Source: Euglena gracilis (taxonomy: Eukaryota). From it: a stretch of DNA of 64,000 nt. Under the pieces are notes generated by a model. The model was not told the DNA's origin. It was given only the letters and a program-made list of their open reading frames with translations, and ran no database searches. Where the stretch lies: NCBI GenBank assembly GCA_039621445.1, contig CP154954.1:13682387-13746386 (forward strand). Reading direction: 5' to 3'. The position numbers were made by a program, and so were the translations under genes. Below are positions 1 to 12,500 of the stretch, one piece after another (within the stretch, counting starts at the first letter, position 1; each line of letters opens with the position of its first letter).

Positions 1-478
1 GGTTGGCATGTCTCACTGACGGTCGGTGCTGCCGGGGGAGAGTACCCCTTGAGGCGTCCACAAACCCAGACCTCCTGGGAACTCTTCCCCCACCCTCCAA
101 TGGCAGCCTGGCCAACAAACCTCCGGTGACAAATCCCAACAATCCCTGCCATGGCCTTACAATCCCAGCCACCCATTTATTCGGCCATCTATTCTGGATG
201 CGGGCTTGCCGTGTTTTCGAACACACCCCGGCCATACCTGCCAGCATCCCCCCCCCCTGGCCTGGGCCATGTTTGAGGGTAAGCCTGGGGGGCCAACCTT
301 ATGTGGCAAAGTTTCATGTGCGGAGGAGGGGGGTCGGGCGCCCGGGGAGGGATACCCGCCAACACCCCCAGCAGTCCACGACCGCATCACCAAAGTGCCA
401 ACCGTTTGGAGGTTTTGGACGATGAGGCCCCCGCCGGTGCGCGGGGCTGGGGGCCTTCGGGAGAGGGGGCCTGGCACG

Positions 479-584
479 GAGCTGCCGGCCGGGGTCCGGG
501 GGCGGTACGTGCAGTGCCTCACCCACTACCACGCCTCCGGCGCCCTCACGCCGCCCGCCCTCACCGCCCAGATCTACGGCGCGC
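479..584 (+). CDS. Host gene exon 1 (first in window)
   Basis: ELPAGVRGRYVQCLTHYHASGALTPPALTAQIYGA; CTG at -8..-6 upstream; following intron starts GTGCAGGGC. Confidence 0.7.
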
Positions 585-3500
585 GTGCAGGGCCGCCCCC
601 CCCACAGCTCCCCGTGCCTCACTCTGTTCATCCATGGTTCATGACATGGGGAAAAGGTTCTGAGACGTTCTGGTAGCGCGTTGAGGTGCCCCATCCGAAG
701 GGGTCCATGCGGCCCTGCCCACCGACATCGCCGATGGAGAAAAATCCGTTGCAAAATTGTGTCCGTACCCGCCCCCCCCCCATCAGCATCCAAGGGCCAC
801 TCCAACGGTGGGGGGTCAGGCAACACACACTATTAAGAATAAAGGTCTTGGGCAGGCGAGGTGGGCGAACGGCAAAACTTTTTCTGAACCTTGACAAACT
901 GCCAAGATGCCAAAAAAGGATCAATGCGAACGGACGTCCGGCACAGGCACCTTTGCTGCGAGTGTTGTTGGCAGAAGCGCGGAATGCATCCATGGGAAAG
1001 AACCTTGCCGGGGGCGGATGCGCGAGGGTCACTTTAAACCTTTTCGGCGGTGATTGGGGTGCCCAACATCGAATCCTTCTTCCAAACTCTTCCGAAGTCA
1101 AGCCTGCCGACCTTGCTATCGGCAGACCATCCTCCCAGACTGTTTTTCCCCCACTCGACTCCTTGGCGGGCAAGACTGTAACCACTACCACTGCATATAT
1201 AATATATGTAATATGTACAATACATAAATATAATATGCATATATACAAAAATATGTGTATATGAAAATGTATGTATATGCATGCATATATATGTATGTAC
1301 ATATACGTATATGTATATATGTATATATATGTATTTGTATGTACATATATGTATACATGGGCATATGTATATATGTGTGTGTATATATACAAATATATGT
1401 ATACTCTCTCTATATGTATGTATATATGTATATGTGCATCTGTAATTATATGCGTATGTGTGTATACCGCTGCGCTCTGTGCAGTGAGCACACCCCTGGC
1501 TTGACCTCACTGCCCTTGGCCCTGTGGTGGCCGCACGACCTGACCCCCCGCCCAGTTTGTTCCGAACGGGTGGGCCTCCCTGGCACCAACTGTTGGAGCT
1601 CCCCACGCTGGACAAGGCCCAGGTCACCGAGCTGCTGCCCGGGCTGGGGTGGGGGGGGTTCATTCCACCAGGTTGAAAGAAATGTTCCTTGGCGTCAGCA
1701 AGCGAAAGCGTGTTCGAGAATGGCCCAAAACGCCAAAAAAAAAACCAGATAAAAAATTGGAAGAATGGTCATTTTTTTGGGTTGGCGCACGGCGGACAAC
1801 CCGACTGACGATGGATGCGTGTGACCAGCTGACCACATCCCCTGCTGATGGATGGCTTTTGGATGTAATTGTGGCAGTCGAGACCACACTTTTCCCTTCT
1901 AACGTTCCAACGAGAATGTTCTGTTGCGAAATTCGGACAATCGGGGTTGTATTTGGGGGAGGGTGTTTGCCAGTATACCCCCCCCCCCCGGAAACTGTCC
2001 TCTCCCCTTTGTACCCGCTGTCCTCGCAGGGACCGGTCTTTCCCCTCTGTTCTTCCTGAGTTGTCTGTACCATAGAGACACTTCACCCAAGCGTGACCCG
2101 ACCCCAGGGGGTGGGCAGGTTTTCGAGGTGGGTTTTGACCCCCAGGGGGGTGGGAGGTGTGTTCCTGTTGCAACGAAGCAAATTGCAACATGCTCGTGGT
2201 TTGGCAAGTTTTGCCATTCAGCGTTCCCCTCCAGCCAGAGCACCGGTGCTCTGATGGCGGACCTCTCTCCGTTAAGTGCGGCCATTCCAGTAGGACCCCA
2301 GCCTGTATCTCCTGTAATGCACCCTTTACTGATTGTGGGGGGGGGTGGGAGGGGCTGAACTGTCAGATCATCCGGCGCGCTGGGGCCCTTCAGCCCCCAC
2401 CTACATGGGCAAGGTGCCCTAAAGAACTGGGCACACCGTCTGTCTCTCGGCTCCTGAGGTGGCCAACTTGTGCAGAAAGTGTGTGTTTCCCTTGGTGGTT
2501 GAGGTGCAGCGCGGTGTCCAACGGCCCCAAACCCCACTCACTCGCTTTTGACCCCCCCCACCCCCGGGGCAGAACCGGGTTAAGTGCCTATGGGTATGCC
2601 AGGCAGCCTCTCAAAAGGGTGGGTTTCACCGCTGGGTTTGAAAAAGGCTTCAGCATTGCGCTGAAGTGCAATACAAAAATCAAGACCTTAAGTGCGAGTT
2701 GGGCCGCCCGAGAAATATTTTTTGTTATTTATCAAAATGCCAAAAATAATTAGGCCAAAGTGGAAGGGAAAATTTGACCTTTGGGGGGGGGGCCTGGCTA
2801 CCCCCCCCCCCCCCCCCCGGGCGGTGGGTCTGGCACACAAAACAATAGCGAACCCGTCCAGCTGGGTTGGCCGAAAAACTTTGGTGGGTTTTGGCCGAAT
2901 TTGTGTGGTTTTTGGGCTGGGCCCCAATGGAAGCGGGACCCCCACAGACGCAGAGTCCAGGTCAAAGTGAGCCCCGCAAACGGCGGCGATCGCCGGAAAG
3001 TCATCCCTTCTGTCGGCAGAGGACAGAAAGGGGATCGGCGCCCCCTCCCCCCGGCCCGCCCCCGCAGCACTACTTGGGGGCCGCCCCGGAGGCCGCTTTG
3101 GTGGAGACTGTGATGGCGCGGACGGCGGGGCCAGGGAAGCCCCTTGAACTCCATCACTGTGACTGTGTGCATTGAGTTGGGCTGTGCTCTGCTGCACTGT
3201 GCTGCGCTGAAGGCCTTGGGAGCCGGGAAACTGAGTCCCGCAACAGGAGCACAGCACAGCTCAGCACACAGCACAGCATACAGCACAGCGCAGCGCAGCA
3301 CAGCACAGCACAGCACAGCACAGCACAGCACAGCACAGCACAGCACAGCACAGCACAGCACAGCACAGCACAGCACAGCACAGCACAGCACAGCACAGCA
3401 CAGCACAGCACACACAGCACAGCACAGCACAGCACAGCACAGCACAGCACAGCACAGCACAGCACAGCACAGCACACAGCACAGCACATCACAGCACAGC

Positions 3501-6500
3501 CTCTCTCCCTTTGCGTCCCCCAATGATGGGTGCCCCCCCCCCGACGACGTCGGTAGCGGCCGCCCCCCCCCGCCCCCCCCCCCCGAGCAGAGGTGCCCTG
3601 GGTGGGTCACCTACAGAGCGTGGCGGCGGCGGCGGGCCAGTTCCTGCGCGGCGGGTGGACGGACGCGGACCCCGCTGACCGCCCGGCAGCGGCGCTGGCG
3701 GCGTTGGCGGACCGCAGCTGGACGTCCCTCTGCCCATCGTGCCCCGGTCGGACCCTGTGACCGGGCGGACCCCCCAGCACCCCCGCGTTGTGCTGGCCCA
3801 TCCCGTTGTCTTTCCTTCACATGTCATCAGAAGCCATGTGCTTCGGAGACGTCCCACGCGCTCCATTTGGAATGCTGTTGCCAAATGGCGTGGGGGTTGG
3901 AATTCCCTGCAGTTGACTGAGTCTGCTTCGCTAGTGGGAATGGGTCTTTTTTGAAGGGTGTGAGTCTGTCAGAAACTGGTGGAGAAGAATGGGGCTCGCC
4001 AAAGCGAACAACCTGCACAATTAGACGTGTGCAAACGCATGGCCACCAAACAACATAACCTTGGTGAATGATGGACTGTATGAAGAACACATCCCCATCC
4101 CCCAGAACCACAACCTCTGGTCGTTTTGTTGACCCACCATCTCGGACAGGGTCTGAGGTGTCATCCAGGCTGCCCACCGGAGTGGATGCCTCCCGGCACT
4201 GCCACTTCAAAACGCTCTCAGACCCCCCGCAAGGTTTCCAGTTTTCAGCATGGTATCAACCTGTACCAGCCCCCCCCCCGCTCCTACTGCCAACTCTTCC
4301 CGAGCGTCGCCTCCCAGGGTCTCACCAGGCCTTGACGCTCAAGATGTTCCACCTGTTCGACCTGCTGCCCTTCCTGCAGCAGCGGATGCTGAAGGTGATT
4401 GCAACCATCCCGCCACTTGCACCCGTGTCTGGCCCCACAACCACCGCCCCCCCTCCCCATGATAGGGGATGGATGCAAGCGGGTTCAAAAATGGGTCCAA
4501 GATGGGTCGAAACTGCAGTTCAATTCTTGACTGCTTGAGTCGACGGTCGTTTTTTTTTTTGCGTGATTGGCTGTTCATGACCTTTTTGTTATTTTATCTT
4601 TTTTGGTACCCGGTTCGACCAGGGCCAGGCCCAGATGGGGACAACACCACGAACCAACACCAACAAAACACCACGCCCAAGTGAAAGGAGACAGTAATTA
4701 GGAGAAGACCAATCCTGCCCACCCCTCCCCCGTGTTCATCCCCCCCCCTGGCCGTTGGAACTACATGCCAGAGCCAATGAGCCGAGGGGGGGGAGCAGCG
4801 TTGAATTTATTGGATCAGGCCCACTTATGAATGCCCATGCACCCCGTGGCGGAGGGGACAGCACGAACCCTTAAAACACAAGAAAAATGCGCAAAAGGCG
4901 AAATAAATGTACTCGTTTGGTTAGCGGCTAGTTTGAAAAGGTTCAGTATTCAGACTCCACTTTCCATTTGTGCCAAATTTCTTTGCATTTAAGTGGAAAG
5001 TGGCGTCAAGGAGGATTTGAAATGCCAAGTCTCAACTGTGCAGGAAAAAGGTTGCATCAAGCCAAAGAGGCCCCAATCAAAAACAGGTGATCTGCCAGCA
5101 GTGACACCCACCTGCCCTTTCTTGAAACATGCCCAACACCTAGCCCTCATCACTGCTCACCCAAACTGGCAAATGTGGCACCTGCTTTTTACCCTGTTAG
5201 GGAGGTCCAGAAATCAGGATAGTTGGGCACTGATGGATAAATATACGCTTACAGACTCTGCACCAATCTCCTCGTTGTGGCCTCCCATCCCCATTTCCAA
5301 AGGAAACACACAAAAAAGCCTCAAGTTCAATGCCACGCATTTTAGGGGGTATTCAAGGCGTGGCTTAGCGACCCCCCCCCCCCCGTGGACGGGTTCAGCT
5401 CAGAGGCCGCAGAGGGCCGCAGCCTGACCCGGGTGCTTGGGCTTCTACTCCCCCTCCCCTCCCCACGCGGGCCCAAAGTGGCCCGGCGCACCCATCCATC
5501 ACGGCGCAACCGGGCATCTCGGCCTTCCTCCCCACCGTGATGGAGGTGACCGCCGGGCTGCTGGACCTTGACCCCATCCACACCACCGGCAACTTGAAGG
5601 AACTGGAGGCGCTGGGCCTCATCACCCTCTGCCCCCACAGGTGTGTGTTGCGGTGGGTGGGCACAGTGTGCCCCGTTCCCCCCCCCCCCCCCCCCCGAAT
5701 TGGAAGACCCAAACACAAGGCTGCCCAAATAAATGCGTTCCAAGGACCGCAAGGATTGTTTTTCATGAATCAATGATGAACTTTGTTTTCTGCGGAAAAT
5801 CACATCGGTTTTGCACGTGGCACGACTCAGGGAAGAATTGACAGATGCAGGGAGGAAAGTTGATGTCGAATTGACCTCAGTTGAATGAAGTGGAAGTCCA
5901 TAGAGTTCCTTCAAGAATAACTTTGCTCCCCCCACAAGCCTTGAAATCCCACCCAAATGTAAAGCCGGAGGGGGCTTTGTATATTTTTGTGAATGTGAAA
6001 GGACAGTTCGGCCACACAACTGTTTGCGCGCGCCAGTGTACGCCTCTGGGTGTGTGCTTGATAAGCGCTGCGTTGCCCACACCCAATCAAATTCACTTCC
6101 CCTCCCTGGAAGGGGTTGGCCTTTTTTTCCCTCCTCAGGACCCCCCCCCCTCCGGTGTTCAACTGGGCGACTGGCTGGTTTTCCACCCCGGTTGTGATCA
6201 AATCAAAGAAGGATGGCTGGGCCCAGGGATTTTTTAGGTTGGACCCTGGGAGAGGGGGTGGGGGGTTCCATTGGACCCCCCCCCCCGGAGTGGGGCCTAG
6301 CGTCGAGGCCTGGGAGGGCCTGGATGCTACATCCCGGGGCTGGGCGCGGGCCTGGCGTTTAGTCCCGGAGGTGGGGTTTCCTCAGTTTTCGGGCCGCAGC
6401 GCTGAGTTTTTTTGGACCCCGGTAATTGACCCCCCGAACGTGGTCCCGGGACCCCCCTCCCCATCACTGGGGTACCCCTTGGTTGGTTGGTTGGGTGGGT

Positions 6501-9500
6501 GGGTGGGGGGGGACGCCCTCCCAAGACGTCCCCTGGACCCCCCCCGGCCGTCTGAAAAGAATCCTTGGTTGGGCTCACAGCGACAGTCGGGGACGTCCCC
6601 CCCCCCTGCACTCCGCCGGCCCACAGGTGTGGGTTGCACCGCGGCGACGACCTGGACAGCGCGGTGTGCTTCTGTCCCGCACTGAAGGACACGGTGCTGG
6701 AGACGCTGCTGCCGGAGGAGCGGCCGGGGAGGCCCGGGCCCCTCCCGGAGCCAGGGGAGGGCGGGGCAGCCCTAAACCCCCCTAAATAACCTGGCGGGGT
6801 GCCAAGTTATTGGAACCAACTTTTGGCCCTGCGCCCCCCCCCCGCCAGGTTATTTGGGCCCCTTAACCCTTGACGCCCTGAAGGAATTTTGCCCAGTTAC
6901 TGGAACCATCTTTTTTGCCCCTCCCCCCGCCAAGTTGTTTGGCCCCCGCCAGGAGCAAGGATCCCGCCAAGTTATTTGGGGGGGTTACCAGGGAACAGTG
7001 CACGTGCAAGGATGGGGCAAAACACCCACGAAGCAAAAGCCACGATCATACCATTGCTCTCGGTGTGTCCAACCCCACACCCCTGGGGGTGAGCGACTGG
7101 GTTTTTTTCGGAGTGACTGCCTGGTTTTTGGTCCTGGATCCCCCTGGGGGGTCAGCCAGGATTGGCCAAAAGTGGCCGCCAAATCCCCTCCACATCACCA
7201 CGCGGTTCTTCCGCACGCGGTGAGGGGGAAGGGGACGGCGCAGAAAACACAAAATAGACATACGGGATCAGACAATTATTCGGAACTGCTCGGAAGAGAG
7301 GGCCAGAGCAGAATGCAGCGCCAGGCCTTAACCCAGACAGAAGCCAAAGTGCATCCCCTTCCCCCCAGCATAGGCCCCCCCCATTGCTGCCGAAGCGGTG
7401 CCTGGAACGTGCAAAGACGCAAAACAACCAATCGGTGCCAGGAGTCCAACTCCCTAACTTAATTGGTTGCCCTACCGTATCTCATGGACAGAGTGGGGGA
7501 GAGAGAATCAAACAGCGCCGCAGTGGGGGTGCCAAGAAAGACAGCCTTGCCCCGAGCCAGCACACTCCCACACTCCAACCCTTCCCCATCGCCTTCTGGC
7601 CGGGACGTTCAGTCCACCAGGCGGAAAACCCTGAAATCCTTCTTCTGTGCCATGCCACTGTTCAGGTCGGGGTTCTTTGGGGCTTCCATGCGTTGACCTC
7701 CAGCGAATCCGCCCCCCCCCCCCTCGGCGGTCAGCTACAAAGTGTTGTATGTCACAGACTAGGTGCACCGCCCCCCCCCCCAGAACCAGCAGCCAACTCT
7801 GAGGCAAAGCCCGGTGGAACGTTTGGGGCGGTTCAGGTCTGCCCCCCTGCAGGAAGCCCACAGGGGTCGGCAGCGAGCGTTCACTACTTCCCCCCCCCCG
7901 CTTCAAACAGACTAATAAAGTCGCGCCGTTTTGTCCGCTCTCAGCCAGGGCACTGCGGGCGCAGCACACGAACGCACCACCCGGGCGGCCCCGGGGGCGG
8001 GTCCATATCAACTCCGTCGCGGCGCGGCTGTACAGCCGCACCCACAACATGGAACACCCAAGGCAGTTCCTCGTGCGCAGCCGGCACCACCGCGTCGCTG
8101 GGGAACTGGTGGAATGCCGCAAGGACCTCCGCCCCGGCTGGGGGGGGGAGGCGATGCCCTGCTGTGCCTCGGCCATTCATGCACCGTGCTGCGCCGTGCT
8201 GCGGTGTGTCGTGCTCCACAAAGACAGCCACAGCACAACATGACACGATGCACCACAGCACAGCACGGCACACGACACTGCGGCACGGCACAACGTTGCA
8301 CGCCACACCACACCACGGCACACAACAGCACAGCACAGCCACAGCACAGCACACCACAGCATTAAGCGTTTGCAGGTATTATGTGCGTGCTCTGTGTTTG
8401 TTATTGTTTGTGTGATTGTGCATCACTGGGGACGTTGTGTGGCTGGTGTGCCCGCTTAAGTGCTGCCCGCGGCTGCGGGCACCCCAGGGCAGGGCGTTGC
8501 TAAAGAGAATTTGACCCCACCCCCAGGGGGGTCCAGCCAGCCAGCAGCCTTTTTCCAGCCAGCAGCCTTTTTCAGCCCGGGATCCCCTCCCCACCCCTCG
8601 AGTTTTATTTATTTCCAGCCGCCCTTCGGGCGACTGGGCGGTAACGGATTTATCGCTTTCGGAGGTGCAAAAATGGGCCAAAAATGGGTCAATAATGGGT
8701 GAAAATGGGTCGGAAAAAGGCCAGCCAGGGCAAATTTGGGTCAAATAGTCGATTTTTTTTTAGCTGAATTGGCAGTTTTTTTTGAACATTTTTTGCATTT
8801 TGATTTTTTGGTACCCGGTTCGACCCCGGGTCGCTCCAGCCCGGGACTCCTAGGAGGGGGAGGGGGGGGGGGCAGCCAGCAGCCATTTTCCCGCCAGCCC
8901 ACATTTTCCAGCCTCTGAGCTGGCACCCCGGGGTCGTTAAAAGACGCCCCGCCCCAGGGTCAGGAATCAGTTGCCGTACCGGCAGATCCCCATCGTCCTG
9001 GCCAGCCCCGCCTGGGGCCTGGCTGGCGGGGAGGGCCTGGCCCCCAGCCGGCCCGCACTCTGCCCTGCAGCTGCTGCGGAACGGCGTGTGGCCTGAAGGC
9101 GCGACAATCTTCGCGGACGTCACCAAGGACATTGAGGCGGGGGGCCGGTCCAGTCGGCTCCAGGCGGGAAACCACACATTTTTTTCTGGCCAAAAAATCT
9201 CACAATGATTTTTTACCGCTGATTGCATGATTTTTATGATTTTCACGATTTTTATGCTTTTTATGATTTTTGTGATTTTCATTGCTGGTCACATACACAT
9301 TGCTCAAAAAGCTTTTCTTTGAGGGCCTTTCACATGATTTATTTCGTTTCACTTGGGGGTTTTCAGGCATTCTTCGGTTGGTTGGTTTGGCCCCTGGGGG
9401 GCCCACCAGTTTTTTTCCGTCCAGCCCTGCTCATCCCTCCCTCCCGATCCTCCACCGGCCCCCCTCGCCACTCCTCGGGGGGCTGGGGGGCCCCACTGTC

Positions 9501-12500
9501 GCCCCGCTGTCCCCCCCGAAGGGCCACCTGCGGCCCTCCCTCGGGCTGGACGCCCCTCCGGAGTCCCTCACACTCACCGGCCTGCGGCAGTACAAACCCC
9601 CGCCCAGGCCCGGGGGCCGGGGGGGGGGGGCGTCTCCCACCACGGCCTCCCGCCATCGGGGGGGGGGGCACCCCAACGAGTCATGGCTAATTTCTTCCCC
9701 AGGACCCCCCAGGACCCCCGCAGGTCCGCAGGACCCCCCAGGTCAGGCTTAGGCGGCCGGATTCGCACTTGAGCTTTTTTGGTGTTGGTTTGCGCACATG
9801 CGCAAATTAACAAAAATATTTATTTCGGCTGTGTGGCTGTGGGGGGGGTTTGAAAACATGGTGACAAGAGAATGCAAAAAATGAGCAAAATTGGGGGTTG
9901 TACCACTGGGACTTTGATCAAAAATGGTGTTTTGGGGTTCTGGAAATGGGCTCCGCACGTCGATTCCCCGGAACCTTCCTCCCTGGGAGTGAAAAAGACG
10001 CAAAAAAAGCCGCAAAGGAACAGGGCCTTTACTGCCCTTCTTGCTCTTTTCAACTGTTTCCCCGGGTGAACCTGAACTGCCGGCAGTGTGTGTCCTGCGT
10101 GTTTGCCGGATTGCTTTCCTTGCAGCTCCTTGGTGTGGTGTTTTTGACACATTTTGCAAAGTGTGGCCACGGAGTGCCAAAGTGTGTGAGTGTAGGGTGA
10201 AGGGTGTAGGATGGGGTGAAGGGTGTAGGGTAAGGAAGGTAGGTGCAGGGGGTTTGGCAAATGATGTGCAGGGGGGAAGAAATAGGGTCCACAGGGGATG
10301 AAAGGGACAGGTGTCTCCCATTTATGCCCAGGATCCGCACAACCAGTTTTGTTGCAAAGAACCCGGAAGAAGAAGCCCAACCCTTGAAGAACAAAATTGT
10401 GTTCATGGGCGCAAACAGGCGCAGTAACACAATATGTTGGTGCGTTCATTTGCACCCATAAACACAATATTTTTGTCCTTCAAGGGTTGGGCTTTAGCGC
10501 TCATGAACTGACACCGTTGATGAACAGTGTGACAAAGAGGCCATGACGGCGCGAACCAGTAGAACGTCGAGAAACATAATTTGGTGGGTTTGTGATACTG
10601 TTTATCGATGGCGTCAGTTCATAGGCAAAAATTGTGCTTGTGTGCGCAAATACACAACACAAAAAATTATGTTCAATGCGACAAAATACACAACCGTCAA
10701 ACGCCGGTAAATCGCTGGTGGTTCATGTGTCCATCATGCTATTGTCATGGGTCATGCTGTTGGTGGGCACGAAAAGCAAATGAAACAGTTGCAGAAATTC
10801 CAAAATTTCACAAGTGGTTCATTTGCACTTATTTGCCAGCGAACAAAGTGACGCGCGCTTTAGCGCAAATGAATTGCCAATGAAGCGACACCACTCGGCC
10901 CTGCAACAACCACCTTCACTGGCTTCTGAAGGGTTCAACCCCAACGAGCATACCATCTTCCCCAACATCAGGTATTAGGGGGCCAATTCTACTGTAGTGA
11001 CAGGTCCCAGGAATGGTTGAGAGAGGATCTGCTGAAGGTGGTTACGCAGCCCCCCGATAACGGTGCACGTCCGCCGGCACCAATTCAGGATCCCAAAGGC
11101 CTTGCCGCTAGCCCGCGGCTTGGGCTCTGCTGCTGCAGCCACATCAGCTGCTGATGCCTCAGCGCCCACCAAGCCGGCATCCACCTCCCCAGCAACAGCA
11201 CCCACTGTCAGCGGCCACGTTATTCCCCGCAACTGGGGCGTGAGACTGGGGGACGACGTGGTGCCAGTTCATGGCAACCAGCAGTTCATGGCAACCAGCA
11301 GCAGGAAAAAACTAGCCCTCAAACACCCGTTATTTGCAAGAATTGTTGAACATTTAACACTAGATTGGTTGCATGAAAGCAGTGGGACTTACCCCCCACA
11401 AGTTATGTGTCAAAGCTGGTGCGCTTGCATGTTTTCTAAGGGAAAAATGAGGAGACACGATGGCGAACACCGGAAAACAGATTCCCGGTTTGACGCATCC
11501 TGGGTATTCCAGGTTCCAAATTTTGAATTCTGGCAACACAGTACTGTTGCAGAAAAAGTGTCCAACAGTCGCAGGTTGTTTGCGCAATTTGATACGCTTA
11601 ACTGCCAAACCGATGGTGCAAAAACTACCTGACCTGCGGGCCGGGGAACAGCAGTGCAGAACGTGCACACGTAAGACAGGCAATTTTCCTCACGCCAGGT
11701 GCCGTGCTCGAGTGAACATTATGCGCTACCTCTCACCGCAAATTTCATCACCACGCACTGGTGGTGTGTATCATCAATGGTTGGTGTGCGGAATTGCGTT
11801 CGCCAGCCATCACGGACGAGGAGATGGTATCGCACCACTCTTATTCGTTGGTGCGCGCATTTGCGCCCACAAACAAATTTTGTTTGTGTGCGCTAAGGCT
11901 CACACAAATCCATTATTTCGAAGTAAATGATTAAAATGTTTGCCCGCGCATTTGCGTCGCAAACAAATTTTGTTTGTGCGCGCAAATGCGCGCGCCAACG
12001 CGCCTATTACGTCCCAAAACCTCGTAGAGTTGTGGTAATCATCAGTGTCTTTTAACTTGAACACGTTGTTTGTGCACACCCATGCACAAACCATCTGCAT
12101 ACCAGTTTCCCCAATGGTTGGTGCGCGCATTTGCACACACAAATAAAATTTGTTTATGGGCAAATTTGCGCGCAAGGGTATGCCATTTTTAACTTCAACG
12201 TTTTGTGTTATGTGTGCGTGCAAATGCGTCCACAAACAGATTATGTTTGTGCACATTGTTGTTTGTGCGCATTTGCACGTTTTCGCTCACAAACACACAT
12301 CAGTTGCGTGACAGCTGGCGAACACAATATGTAGTATGAGATGCAATATCACTCCGTGTGTCCTAACGGGCGGCTGCAGTACCCAAGCCAGTTGAGGCAC
12401 CACGTCAGCATCAGTACCAATTGTCATGACAGCGTGTGCTTCTCACCTGTTTGACGTACAAGAGCACCAATCTCTCCCTTGGCACTCTTTGCGTCACTCG

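Noticed and set aside
2362-2460. Possible exon QIIRRAGAL
   Set aside because: It lies inside intron 1637-3063, whose paired ends already give an in-frame join.
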